Below, piece after piece: positions 56,043 through 64,000 of a stretch of DNA of 64,000 nt (the stretch's first letter is position 1; each line of letters starts with the position of its first letter). The DNA is from an uncultured Chitinophagales bacterium. Lineage in GTDB: Bacteria; Bacteroidota; Rhodothermia; Balneolales; CAYWCV01. Where the stretch lies: contig CAYWCV010000001.1 in assembly GCA_964456845.1 (NCBI GenBank), positions 116,240 to 180,239 on the forward strand, written 5' to 3'. The position numbers and the translations under genes were made by a program. A model generated the notes under the pieces. It worked only from the letters and a program-made list of their open reading frames with translations. It made no database searches and was not told where the DNA came from.

Positions 56043-57776
56043 CTAAAAGCCCGACGATATTCCAACATGGACTTTTGCGTTGGCAAAGGGATCCTCAGGC
56101 GATTTTGCGTAGGTAAGTTTCAACAATCCAAGGTTGGTCTTCAAGGCCAATCCAACACCGAATGAACTGACTTCAGTCATATCTGTTGCGGTGTCGCTCG
56201 ATGCCTCGTTCGGAGGTAGCCATAACCATCCGGCGGACCCAAATGCAAACAAGTAGGAGTTTGTATCGAGCAGATATCTGTACTCGATGTCGCCCCATAG
56301 GTATGACGTTGCAAAAAACTGATCTTCGCGATACCCCCGTATAGATGTTGCGCCACCAATTCTGTAAAGGTCGTTTAGGAAGGGGTTTCGATCTGTGAAG
56401 ATAGTGCCTGCCCACAATCCAGGAATTAGGATATTTCTTGTAGAAATTGGAAGATAGACACTCAGATTGCCACTGATTTTCCTCCTCACTTGGTTATACC
56501 GGTCACCAAGGCTTGGCTCGACGATCTGTCGACCCGACTCAACGGCCATTTCAGCCAAAACGCCTGCCGTAGTCATGCCATAATCATTTCGCGAATCATA
56601 AGTGAGTCCAATCTGGCCATATGTCCCCCATAGGTTCGCAGATGCTTGGCTCGATGTCGCAGATGTTGATACCTCTCGTTGAACGGCTGTGAAGACTCTG
56701 ACATTTTCGTGAATATTCCACCATATACCTGCCTTGGCCATCCGATTTTGCCACAGTGAGTCTTGACGTGCCAGTGAAAATGCCCCATTTAATCCCAGTG
56801 GGTGGCCAAAAATTAGATGTTGATCAAGTTCGATGCTCATCTTACCTACCCGGGGTGACTGCCTGTCGAATTCAACCTTCAGTTCAGTTCCGTCGAATCC
56901 GGCATTCCGGATATGCAGAGATCCATTTCCGGCGATGACAGCCTTTCCAGTTTGATCAGGCACGTATCCTACGATAAGGTCAAAAAAAGTAAGTGGCCGT
57001 TCGGTGATGGTATACATCAATGCCCACTTCTCATCATGTCTGATAATTTCAGGATCTGATATGTCGTCAAAAAGTCTTGTTTGATTCAGTTTATCGGATA
57101 CACGTAGTATGTTGGCCTCGTTCAGGATCATCCCTTTCTGAGCTCCGACAGCCTTGTTCAACCATTCTGGCCCAGTTTTGCTCAAACCCGTCCATTTGAC
57201 GTCAGATAACAGTGCGGACTCACCCTTTAGGATTGAGATTACTGCCGAAACCGAAAGCAACGTATCGTCGATGAATAAAGAGTCTAACGACACCGACGGA
57301 TCCAGATATCCTTGCCTAAAAAGTGCATCCGTTTGAAGCTTTATGCAGTCTTGAAGGGCATTCTCAGTATACCATTTTCCAGACAAGTCACATTTCACTG
57401 ACGTTTCAGGATCTGATGACACATACTTCCATTGAATCGGCTCTGTTGTCCATTTAAAGCGCCCTGATCCCTCGAAATGCGCATAGAGTGTGTCCATCCG
57501 AAATTCGTGGATTGTCAATGTCGACCGGAAATATCCGTGCCTCCAAGCCTCCTGATATAAGGATTCTTGCACATCTGGCTCAAGCACGTACCGGTTTACA
57601 ACAACGGTGTCTGCGTCAAAAACCAGGTGTAGTACGTCAGCGCTAAGAGGAAGTGTCGTTTGGGCTGCTGATGGAGCCGTTGGTGCACCGATTGCAGCCG
57701 CGATTGCAACGCAAAAAAGAATGCCCCGTATTTCTCCGGAAATGTGATTCACGGAGAAATAACGGGGCTTGATCAT
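56043..57776 (-). CDS. Omp85/BamA-TamA family outer-membrane beta-barrel protein (surface antigen D15-like)
   Basis: 577 aa. Signal ...AIGAPTAPSAAQ, POTRA-like N-terminal region, and C-terminal barrel motifs GGATSIRGY and ...KVHVGISSGF with a terminal Phe. Confidence 0.75.
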   Translation of the reverse strand: MIKPRYFSVNHISGEIRGILFCVAIAAAIGAPTAPSAAQTTLPLSADVLHLVFDADTVVVNRYVLEPDVQESLYQEAWRHGYFRSTLTIHEFRMDTLYAHFEGSGRFKWTTEPIQWKYVSSDPETSVKCDLSGKWYTENALQDCIKLQTDALFRQGYLDPSVSLDSLFIDDTLLSVSAVISILKGESALLSDVKWTGLSKTGPEWLNKAVGAQKGMILNEANILRVSDKLNQTRLFDDISDPEIIRHDEKWALMYTITERPLTFFDLIVGYVPDQTGKAVIAGNGSLHIRNAGFDGTELKVEFDRQSPRVGKMSIELDQHLIFGHPLGLNGAFSLARQDSLWQNRMAKAGIWWNIHENVRVFTAVQREVSTSATSSQASANLWGTYGQIGLTYDSRNDYGMTTAGVLAEMAVESGRQIVEPSLGDRYNQVRRKISGNLSVYLPISTRNILIPGLWAGTIFTDRNPFLNDLYRIGGATSIRGYREDQFFATSYLWGDIEYRYLLDTNSYLFAFGSAGWLWLPPNEASSDTATDMTEVSSFGVGLALKTNLGLLKLTYAKSPEDPFANAKVHVGISSGF

Positions 57777-57795
57777 ATTTTCGTGCGACTTGGGA

Positions 57796-58647
57796 TTATT
57801 TCACAATGTCGGCAACAAAATTAGGCAATGCAAATGCACCCGTGTGAACGGATGCGTTATAGTATTTTAGGCCGTCCAGATAGCTGCCGCAGGCTTGGTC
57901 GGCTTTATCTACAATGGATGTTTCAAGCGGATTCACACCTTTGCTCGCAAAAGCCATCGACCACATTCCAGCCGGATAGAGCGGGATGAAAGCGAGGTAC
58001 ATTTTCGACACGGCGAAGATGTCGCGCAGTGCGAAGAACACGCTCCTCATGCTGTCGTGATATGACGGGACCCATGGCGACTCGGTCTGCGCAGTAAGTA
58101 TTCCGTTATCTGCTAGTGCGTTGTAGCAATTCTGATAGAACTCCTTTTGAAACAAACCTTGAGCAGGTCCAACAGGGTCCGACCCGTCAATGATGATGAT
58201 GTCGTACGGATCCTTGACGTTTTTGACGAAGGCGATGCCGTCTTCGAACAGCACGTTTAGCTTAGGGTTGCCGAAATCTCCGACACCAGGCATGTGCAGT
58301 TTAGATGCACGCACCACGGTCTCGTCGATTTCGACCATGTCGACTACTTCAACGCTTGGGTGTTTGAGCGCTTCGCGCGCAGATCCGCCATCGCCACCGC
58401 CGATGATGAGAACTCGCTTGGGATTCGGATGGCTGATAAGTGCCGGATGAATCAGCATCTCGTGGTAGACGAATTCGTCCTTTTCGGAGAGCATCACCAT
58501 TCCGTCGATGGTCATGAGGTTTCCCCACGTGTCCGTTTCGTAAATCTCAACGCTTTGATACGGCGATTGCTCGGAGAATAAGACTCTGTTGATGCCTACA
58601 GTAAGCCCAGTCGAGCCGTTGTAGTGCTCGTTGTAAATGATGGCCAT
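57796..58647 (-). CDS. speE: polyamine aminopropyltransferase (spermidine synthase family)
   Basis: 283 aa. QSVEIYET..GNLMTIDG, LIIGGGDGG and IIIDGSDPVGPA are spermidine synthase motifs. Confidence 0.9.
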   Translation of the reverse strand: MAIIYNEHYNGSTGLTVGINRVLFSEQSPYQSVEIYETDTWGNLMTIDGMVMLSEKDEFVYHEMLIHPALISHPNPKRVLIIGGGDGGSAREALKHPSVEVVDMVEIDETVVRASKLHMPGVGDFGNPKLNVLFEDGIAFVKNVKDPYDIIIIDGSDPVGPAQGLFQKEFYQNCYNALADNGILTAQTESPWVPSYHDSMRSVFFALRDIFAVSKMYLAFIPLYPAGMWSMAFASKGVNPLETSIVDKADQACGSYLDGLKYYNASVHTGAFALPNFVADIVK

Positions 58648-58664
58648 AATAATTTATTCCTTGA

Positions 58665-59180
58665 TTAGTCGTACCAGAGCACAACGGCTGCAAACACGCT
58701 TCCAGCTTTTTCGACTACGTGCTCAATCCCGATGGATTTTACTTCTTTCAGGGCTCGGTTGCGGTATGCGAAGGCGTCGACGGTCATCTGTCGGACCGTA
58801 GCCTCTACTTCGGCCAGCGGAAGCTCGTCTTCGTGCTCCATGATCACGCCTGGCAGTGAAGGGTCTTCGGGGATGCCGATAGCTACTGCCGTCGATATGA
58901 TCTGCCCAGGGGTGGTGCTGCTGATGCTTCCGTAGGCGATCGGGATGAGCCCGCCTTTAGGAAGCGAGACACCATCAACTTCACGGCAAGCCGGTGGGAC
59001 GATCGAACTCATGCGCACAAGGTTCGTGTCGCCTACTCCGGCGTCCAAGAGGGCCATGTCGAAGGCGTTGAGAGGCATATTACCCTCCCCTTTACCCTTG
59101 ACGAGGCAGTACACAGTTGGGGTCTTCACCATGGCGAGGGATGTGGCCACACCATTGGTGAGCAAGTCGGACTTGGTCAT
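58665..59180 (-). CDS. pyruvoyl-dependent arginine decarboxylase
   Basis: 171 aa. NAFDMALLDAGVGDTNLVRMSSIVPP contains the Ser-Ser self-cleavage site of PvlArgDC. ATGA overlap with speH. Confidence 0.85.
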   Translation of the reverse strand: MTKSDLLTNGVATSLAMVKTPTVYCLVKGKGEGNMPLNAFDMALLDAGVGDTNLVRMSSIVPPACREVDGVSLPKGGLIPIAYGSISSTTPGQIISTAVAIGIPEDPSLPGVIMEHEDELPLAEVEATVRQMTVDAFAYRNRALKEVKSIGIEHVVEKAGSVFAAVVLWYD

Positions 59181-59596
59181 ATATTATATACGGATGTAAT
59201 TTCTTGTGCGTCTTTTGGCTTGAAAAGGAGCTCTTCGCCTGGTGCGACTTTGAACAGCCCTCGTTTCATCTCCATGCTGGAGATGTTTTTCGACTGAAAT
59301 GCTTCCTTGATGTATTCCTGGATAATCCACGGGTCGATGGTTTCACCACAGGTGAAGATGTCGACGGCGGCGTAGTTATACTCAGGCCACGTGTGGATGG
59401 CAACGTGCGACTCAGCGATCACGATGGTTCCACTGACGCCATGAGGGCTGAACTTGTGAAAGTTGTGTGAGATGATACTGGCTTTTGATGCTTTGGTAGC
59501 TCCAATCAGGATCTCCTCGATTTGATCAACGTCGTTGATCACGTCTGCATTGCACTCGTAATATTCAACGAGTATCTGTCGGCCTAAAGCTTTCAT
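59177..59596 (-). CDS. speH: S-adenosylmethionine decarboxylase proenzyme (class 1, pyruvoyl)
   Basis: 139 aa from the ATG at 59596. MKALGRQILVEYYEC...VSGTIVIAESHVAIHTWPE...DIFTCGE includes the E-S processing site. The 52-codon upstream in-frame extension has no homology pattern. Confidence 0.88.
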   Translation of the reverse strand: MKALGRQILVEYYECNADVINDVDQIEEILIGATKASKASIISHNFHKFSPHGVSGTIVIAESHVAIHTWPEYNYAAVDIFTCGETIDPWIIQEYIKEAFQSKNISSMEMKRGLFKVAPGEELLFKPKDAQEITSVYNI

Positions 59597-60013
59597 TTCT
59601 GCGATTGATATATGTGGGGAAAAGCCTGGAACGTGATCCCAGGTGTTAAATACCCTCGCCAGTTTGGCGATCAGGGTGATTAAACGAAAAAATGCAACCT
59701 GAGACAGACACAGGGGTAAACCCGCATTCGTCACCAGTCGCATTTGTACCACACAGTATCGACCGAAGTCTCCACTGCCGAAAGTCAGCCAGTATGTGTG
59801 TATATGACGGCGTTAGCGCTTGCCCAACATATTCTTCCAATTCTGTGCTGTTTACCTCTCGCTAAGTTGTTTTGTTGTGGTTTTGGTTGTTGCTAAATTG
59901 GACGTTATCCGAAGTTTGGAAGACGTGGCGGGCGGGCCAGTCGACCGCTTCTCGGTAACTGTACCTACAAGCAGAACACAAAGATACGTAATTCTTGAGT
60001 TGATATTTTGTCA

Positions 60014-61996
60014 ATGCCCCAAAAAAAATATTTTACCCCCGATCAAGCCCGTCACATCTATCATGAACTTGTGCTGCCGCGCGCCATTGAAGAGCGCATG
60101 CTCAAGCTTCTACGGCAGAATAAAATCGCAAAATGGTTCAGTGGCATTGGCCAGGAGGCGATAGCCGTCGGCGCGACGCTGTCGATGGAGAAAGATGACG
60201 TAATCATGCCCATGCATCGCAATTTGGGCGTTTTCACAACCAGGAGAGTCGACTTTTACCGTTTGTTCTGCCAGCTTTTCGGCAAGGCTGACGGGTTCAC
60301 GGCAGGGCGCGAGCGCTCGTTTCATTTCGGCATTCCGGAGTATCACATCATCGGGATGATCTCCCACCTGGGCGCGATGCTCCCCGTTGCCGACGGCATC
60401 GCACTCGCATCGAAATTGCGCGGACAAGACCGCGTTGTGCTCAGTTTCTCAGGCGATGGAGGCACAAGCGAGGGAGATTTTCATGAAGCAGTCAATTTGG
60501 CTGCTGTCTGGGGTCTGCCGGTCATATTCCTGATAGAGAACAACGGCTATGGGCTGTCCACGCCCTCGAAGGAGCAGTTCGTATGCGACTCACTCGCCGA
60601 CCGTGCCAAAGGATACGGCATCAAGGGCTACTCCATCGATGGAAACAATATTCTCGAAGTCATGGAAACCGTCGCAGCAATACGTAAAGAAGTACTCACA
60701 AAAGGAATGCCCGTGATCCTCGAGGCCCGCACGTTCCGAATGAGGGGCCACGAGGAAGCATCCGGGACGGCTTATGTACCCGACGAGCTGATGAAGGAAT
60801 GGGCTGCTAAAGACCCCATCAAACAGTTCGGCGATCGTATGGTAGCCGATGGATTATTATCAGACGAAGACCTCCTTGCCATACGCAAATCTGCTGAATC
60901 AACCTATTCGGCCGATTTGGAGCGGGCCCTTGTGGCCGATTACCCTGTACCCGACACCGAGGCACACATCAGCCGAGTGTATGCTCCTGCACCCGAAACG
61001 CAGTCTCCGATTGGTTCGGCGACAAAAGAGGCCAGGTATTTGGATGGAATCCGCGATGCTCTGCATCAACGTATGACCGAAGATCCCGAATTGGTGATCA
61101 TTGGGCAGGATATTGCCGAATATGGCGGTGTTTTCAAGATCACGGAAGGTTTTTATGACGAATTCGGAAAAGATCGTGTACGAAACACCCCGATCATCGA
61201 GTCTGGCGCCTTAGGGGCAGCAATGGGACTAGCACTTGAAGGCATATCGAGCGTTGTGGAAATGCAGTTTGCCGACTTTGTCTCATGCGGATACAATCAG
61301 ATCGTCAACAATCTGGCCAAATCGCACTACAGGTGGTCACCTCCCCTACCAATAACGATCCGCCTTCCCTATGGCGGCGGCGTCGGAGCTGGACCCTACC
61401 ACTCACAATGTCCCGAGGGCTGGTTCATGCAGCATCCCGGCCTAAAGATTGCCGTACCCGCCACGCCTGAAGATGCGCAGCTACTCACATACTCGGCACT
61501 GCTCGATCCCAACCCCGTGATGGTATTCGAGCATAAAAAACTCTACCGTGGCCTTAAAGGCCTCATCCACGAAAAGGCGTGGTTTGAGCCGTTCGGCAAG
61601 GCAAGGGTCCACCGTGCGGGCAGCGATATGACCATAGTCACCTACGGGATGGGCGTTCATTGGGCTACGGATGCCGCCATCGCTGCTGAAAGCTCCATAG
61701 GGATGCGCATTGAAGTTATTGACCTGCGCACACTCGTGCCCTTTGACTTGGATACGGTGCTTGACAGCGTTCGAAGAACGGGACGCGTGCTCCTATTGCA
61801 GGAGGCATCGATCACGATGGGGCCATCCAGCGAATGGGCGGCATTAATTGCAGAGCACGGATTTCAGTGGCTAGACGCCCCAGTAATGCGTTGCGCCTCC
61901 CTTGACACACCAGTTCCTACAGCCCTACCGCTGGAGTCGGACTACCTGGCCAACTCCAGGCTGAATTCGGCAATTGAGCGCCTTATTCGATATTAG
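60014..61996 (+). CDS. 2-oxoacid dehydrogenase E1 component, fused alpha-beta subunits (TPP-dependent)
   Basis: About 660 aa. The alpha part has the TPP motif GDGGTSEGDFHEAVNLA...IENNGYG. The beta part has RNTPIIESGALG...EMQFADF and the C-terminal transketolase-like fold. Such fusions are common in Bacteroidota. Confidence 0.88.
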   Translation: MPQKKYFTPDQARHIYHELVLPRAIEERMLKLLRQNKIAKWFSGIGQEAIAVGATLSMEKDDVIMPMHRNLGVFTTRRVDFYRLFCQLFGKADGFTAGRERSFHFGIPEYHIIGMISHLGAMLPVADGIALASKLRGQDRVVLSFSGDGGTSEGDFHEAVNLAAVWGLPVIFLIENNGYGLSTPSKEQFVCDSLADRAKGYGIKGYSIDGNNILEVMETVAAIRKEVLTKGMPVILEARTFRMRGHEEASGTAYVPDELMKEWAAKDPIKQFGDRMVADGLLSDEDLLAIRKSAESTYSADLERALVADYPVPDTEAHISRVYAPAPETQSPIGSATKEARYLDGIRDALHQRMTEDPELVIIGQDIAEYGGVFKITEGFYDEFGKDRVRNTPIIESGALGAAMGLALEGISSVVEMQFADFVSCGYNQIVNNLAKSHYRWSPPLPITIRLPYGGGVGAGPYHSQCPEGWFMQHPGLKIAVPATPEDAQLLTYSALLDPNPVMVFEHKKLYRGLKGLIHEKAWFEPFGKARVHRAGSDMTIVTYGMGVHWATDAAIAAESSIGMRIEVIDLRTLVPFDLDTVLDSVRRTGRVLLLQEASITMGPSSEWAALIAEHGFQWLDAPVMRCASLDTPVPTALPLESDYLANSRLNSAIERLIRY

Positions 61997-62186
61997 TGTC
62001 GCGGAGCAGTTCCAGCGCCTTCTTTCCTGAACTTGCCTGTTTCACGAAATCGGCAAGTTCAGGCTCTGAAGCCATGTACTGTTCAAAAACTTCGGCAACA
62101 ACCTGGTCCAATTCTCCGTCAAGGTAGTCGCAAATGTAGTCGGCGAGTGAATCAGCTTGAATAAAATCATGTCGTTTAGGTGTCAT
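61983..62186 (-). CDS. hypothetical small acidic protein (anti-sigma zf-HC2-like helix, degenerate)
   Basis: 67 aa from the ATG at 62186. ICDYLDGELD resembles the N-terminal helix of anti-sigma factors, but the H/C zinc ligands and a TM segment are absent. It overlaps the convergent E1 gene by 14 nt. Confidence 0.4.
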   Translation of the reverse strand: MTPKRHDFIQADSLADYICDYLDGELDQVVAEVFEQYMASEPELADFVKQASSGKKALELLRDTNIE

Positions 62187-62281
62187 GATTTCAGATTCTT
62201 TAAGTTGAAGCAATGTCAGTACTCCTGTTGCTGTTGGTGTTCTGTTATTCTTCTACTGCAACTTACAACAAATGTTTCAAC

Positions 62282-63382
62282 TTACCGTGCTGAATGAATG
62301 ACACTGAGCTTCCGTAAGGTCGTATAGAGCACATCGTAGGGTTCAGAGTGTCCCATACCCTTTATGGCAGAATCGGCATCGAGTAATGACTCGAATATGG
62401 CTGGGTACGATGATGCGGGTATTCGGAGGGCATCACGGTACAGATTGTCGAAATAAAAGCCATGTCGGCCGACCTTAGATCCGATTTCGTTCTTTGGGGT
62501 CTTTTTGTCGGCTAGGCGCGCTATTTGCCACAATGTCATGTATTGGGATATCAAGTAGCCGTTCAATCCGATTACACCTGACACCGGAGTGTCTGCTGCA
62601 TCTACGACCAACCTTCCCAATTCGAACACATTTCCCGATTTGTTTCCAAAAAGCACATCCTTCACATCAAATACGGCCGCCTCTTTGTGTTCTGTGGCGA
62701 GCAGTTTGACTTGGTCGGCGGTGATACCCGTACCATCTTTGTCGTACTGTGCCAATTTTGCCAGTTCGTGGCTTAACACAAGCAGGTCGTTGCCAGAGAT
62801 GTCGATCAGTAATTCGGCAGCTTCTGGCTGAATGTCAGCGTTATGGACGTGTCGTACCTGCGATCCAATCCACTGCAGCAACTGGCGACGGTCAAGCCGG
62901 TTCATCTCGGCAGCATGGCATACCGATTGATTGCGTAGTGCCCTTCCCAGTTTTGTGTTGGCAGCTACACTCGCACTGTCGATCAGGAACAACACGCAGG
63001 TTCCATTGGGGTTTTGCAGGTAGTGCAGCAGCTCGTCGTGGCTAGTGGAACCCGATTCGTCTTCATCCGACTCAGCTGCCTTACGGCGGTCAAACATCGA
63101 CATGAAATCGCGAACGATCACCACCCTCAAGTCGGCCATCATCGGGTACGTTCGGCAAGCGTCTATCACCCTCGAAACCCTCACCTCCCTGCCTGATATC
63201 ACATCGAGGTTGAAATCCTCAAACCCTGCAGGCACCAGGCCTTTCGCAAGCGGGATACAGGCGTCCAGATACCAATTCTCTTCGCCATAGATCCAATACA
63301 CCTGCGATGGCTTTCCGGACTGGACGCTGTTTTTGAATTCCTCAAAATTGCGAATGGTATCAGCAGGTTGCTGCTTGGCCAT
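62282..63382 (-). CDS. holA: DNA polymerase III subunit delta
   Basis: 366 aa. The N-terminus ...VYWIYGEENWYLD and the overall helical clamp-loader delta architecture fit HolA. Position downstream of asnS. Moderate confidence from pattern only. Confidence 0.7.
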   Translation of the reverse strand: MAKQQPADTIRNFEEFKNSVQSGKPSQVYWIYGEENWYLDACIPLAKGLVPAGFEDFNLDVISGREVRVSRVIDACRTYPMMADLRVVIVRDFMSMFDRRKAAESDEDESGSTSHDELLHYLQNPNGTCVLFLIDSASVAANTKLGRALRNQSVCHAAEMNRLDRRQLLQWIGSQVRHVHNADIQPEAAELLIDISGNDLLVLSHELAKLAQYDKDGTGITADQVKLLATEHKEAAVFDVKDVLFGNKSGNVFELGRLVVDAADTPVSGVIGLNGYLISQYMTLWQIARLADKKTPKNEIGSKVGRHGFYFDNLYRDALRIPASSYPAIFESLLDADSAIKGMGHSEPYDVLYTTLRKLSVIHSAR

Positions 63383-63388
63383 GGTATG

Positions 63389-64000
63389 TCACGGATACAG
63401 ACGCCCTAAAAGACGCGGAAATGGGATGGTTTCACGTACGTGCTTCAGTCCACAAACCCATGCTACTGTGCGCTCGAGTCCTAGTCCGAAGCCGGCGTGT
63501 GGTACTGAACCGAACTTACGGAGATCTAAGTACCAGTCAAAGGCTTCTTCTGGCAGTTCGTGTTCTTTGATCATGCGCAGGAGCTCGTCGAGGTCGTCCT
63601 CGCGCTGGGCTCCGCCGATGATTTCGCCATAGCCCTCGGGTGCGAGGACGTCTACTGCCAAAGCCTCCTTGGGGTTGCTTGGATCTTTCTTCATGTAGAA
63701 CGCCTTGATGGCAGCAGGATAGTTGTAGACCATGAGTGGACGGTCGAATTTCATGGTAAGCAGCGTCTCGTCGCTACCGCCAAAATCATCGCCCCACACG
63801 CGGCTTGAGGCAGATTCTCGCCATACGGGGATATTTCGTAGGTCTTCCTCGATTTCTTCGAGTCTAGCACGTATATCCTTTTGGCGGCGTTCTATTTGAA
63901 ACTTCCTACCTTTTTTTGCATTCCCGTACTCAGCAGTGATTTCAGTCAATTCTTTCTCGATTTCAGACTGCTCTTTTTGACGATCGACCACCATCTGCTC
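63389..64000 (-). CDS. asnS: asparagine--tRNA ligase, C-terminal part (5' end lies outside the window)
   Basis: Class II aaRS motif 3 region [33 protein letters not shown] and [15 protein letters not shown]. The frame is open to the window edge. Confidence 0.85.
   Translation of the reverse strand, partial: EQMVVDRQKEQSEIEKELTEITAEYGNAKKGRKFQIERRQKDIRARLEEIEEDLRNIPVWRESASSRVWGDDFGGSDETLLTMKFDRPLMVYNYPAAIKAFYMKKDPSNPKEALAVDVLAPEGYGEIIGGAQREDDLDELLRMIKEHELPEEAFDWYLDLRKFGSVPHAGFGLGLERTVAWVCGLKHVRETIPFPRLLGRLYP

Noticed and set aside
59597-59752. 52-codon in-frame N-terminal extension of speH (track ORF 59177-59752)
   Set aside because: Class 1 AdoMetDC proenzymes begin at the M-K-x-L-G-R-H/Q motif, which here is the ATG at 59596. 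The extension is hydrophobic, matches nothing, and overlaps the hairpin-rich leader.
59844-59856. GTGCTGTTTACC, resembling the CUGUUUACC segment of bacterial SRP (4.5S) RNA
   Set aside because: The downstream sequence lacks the invariant domain IV elements (AGGUCAGGUCCGGAAGGAAGCAGCC-type helix with its GGAA tetraloop), and the flanks do not form the long closing helix. The match is coincidental.
59820-60164. 114-aa plus-strand ORF that runs through the intergenic G/T tract and overlaps the E1 start
   Set aside because: Its composition is driven by the G/T-rich tract (Val/Leu/Cys/Phe runs). It is out of frame with the well-supported E1 gene and overlaps it, and it has no motif.
1-64000. Scan for CRISPR arrays, tRNA/rRNA genes, transposases, integrases, phage genes, toxin-antitoxin pairs and defence genes
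   Set aside because: I saw no spaced direct repeats, no cloverleaf-like segments in any intergenic spacer, and no ORF with DDE, tyrosine- or serine-recombinase, or known defence-system motifs. The window reads as core chromosome. A proper tRNAscan, Infernal or CRISPR-finder run could still overturn this by-eye negative.

Overview
This is a densely coded 64-kb chromosomal window of roughly 50% G+C with about 64 CDS. By eye I found no rRNA, tRNA, CRISPR array, transposase or integrase. Several markers point to an FCB-group bacterium (Bacteroidota / Rhodothermota / Balneolota-like): a T9SS-type C-terminal sorting domain, a DUF2723 (GT117-like) giant membrane protein, a fused E1 alpha-beta 2-oxoacid dehydrogenase, DUF2480 in the suf operon, and a stand-alone nuoI.

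Most of the content is core housekeeping:
- pgi (3' end) and a deoxynucleoside kinase
- a complete yceD-rpmF-plsX-fabH-fabD-fabG-acpP-fabF-rnc lipid-synthesis cluster
- pncB-pncA NAD salvage
- fused isobutyryl-CoA mutase IcmF
- sufBCDS plus an Nfu-type scaffold, an A-type carrier and DUF2480
- idi-2 and a polyprenyl synthase
- bamD, nadD, tadA, apt
- tdk-nupC nucleoside salvage
- der, nuoI, a peroxiredoxin, an amidohydrolase, an SNF transporter
- ybeY, holA and asnS (3' end)

I see no clear defence island or mobile element, so the novelty claims are modest. The least ordinary parts are:
1. A translationally coupled MoxR - Ca2+/Na+ antiporter - T9SS subtilase - vWA/MIDAS membrane protein operon (30256-36012). 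It lacks the usual DUF58 gene and lies directly downstream of three tandem periplasmic PPIase chaperone genes.
2. A speH - pyruvoyl arginine decarboxylase - speE polyamine operon with no agmatinase, followed by an Omp85-family gene (56043-59596).
3. An AT-rich, ORF-free 386-bp convergent intergenic region with nested or alternative inverted repeats (48250-48635).
4. A 417-bp structured divergent intergenic region (59597-60013).
5. Several uncharacterised envelope gene pairs.

All functional calls rest on motif and family recognition from the translated ORFs. No database search was run.
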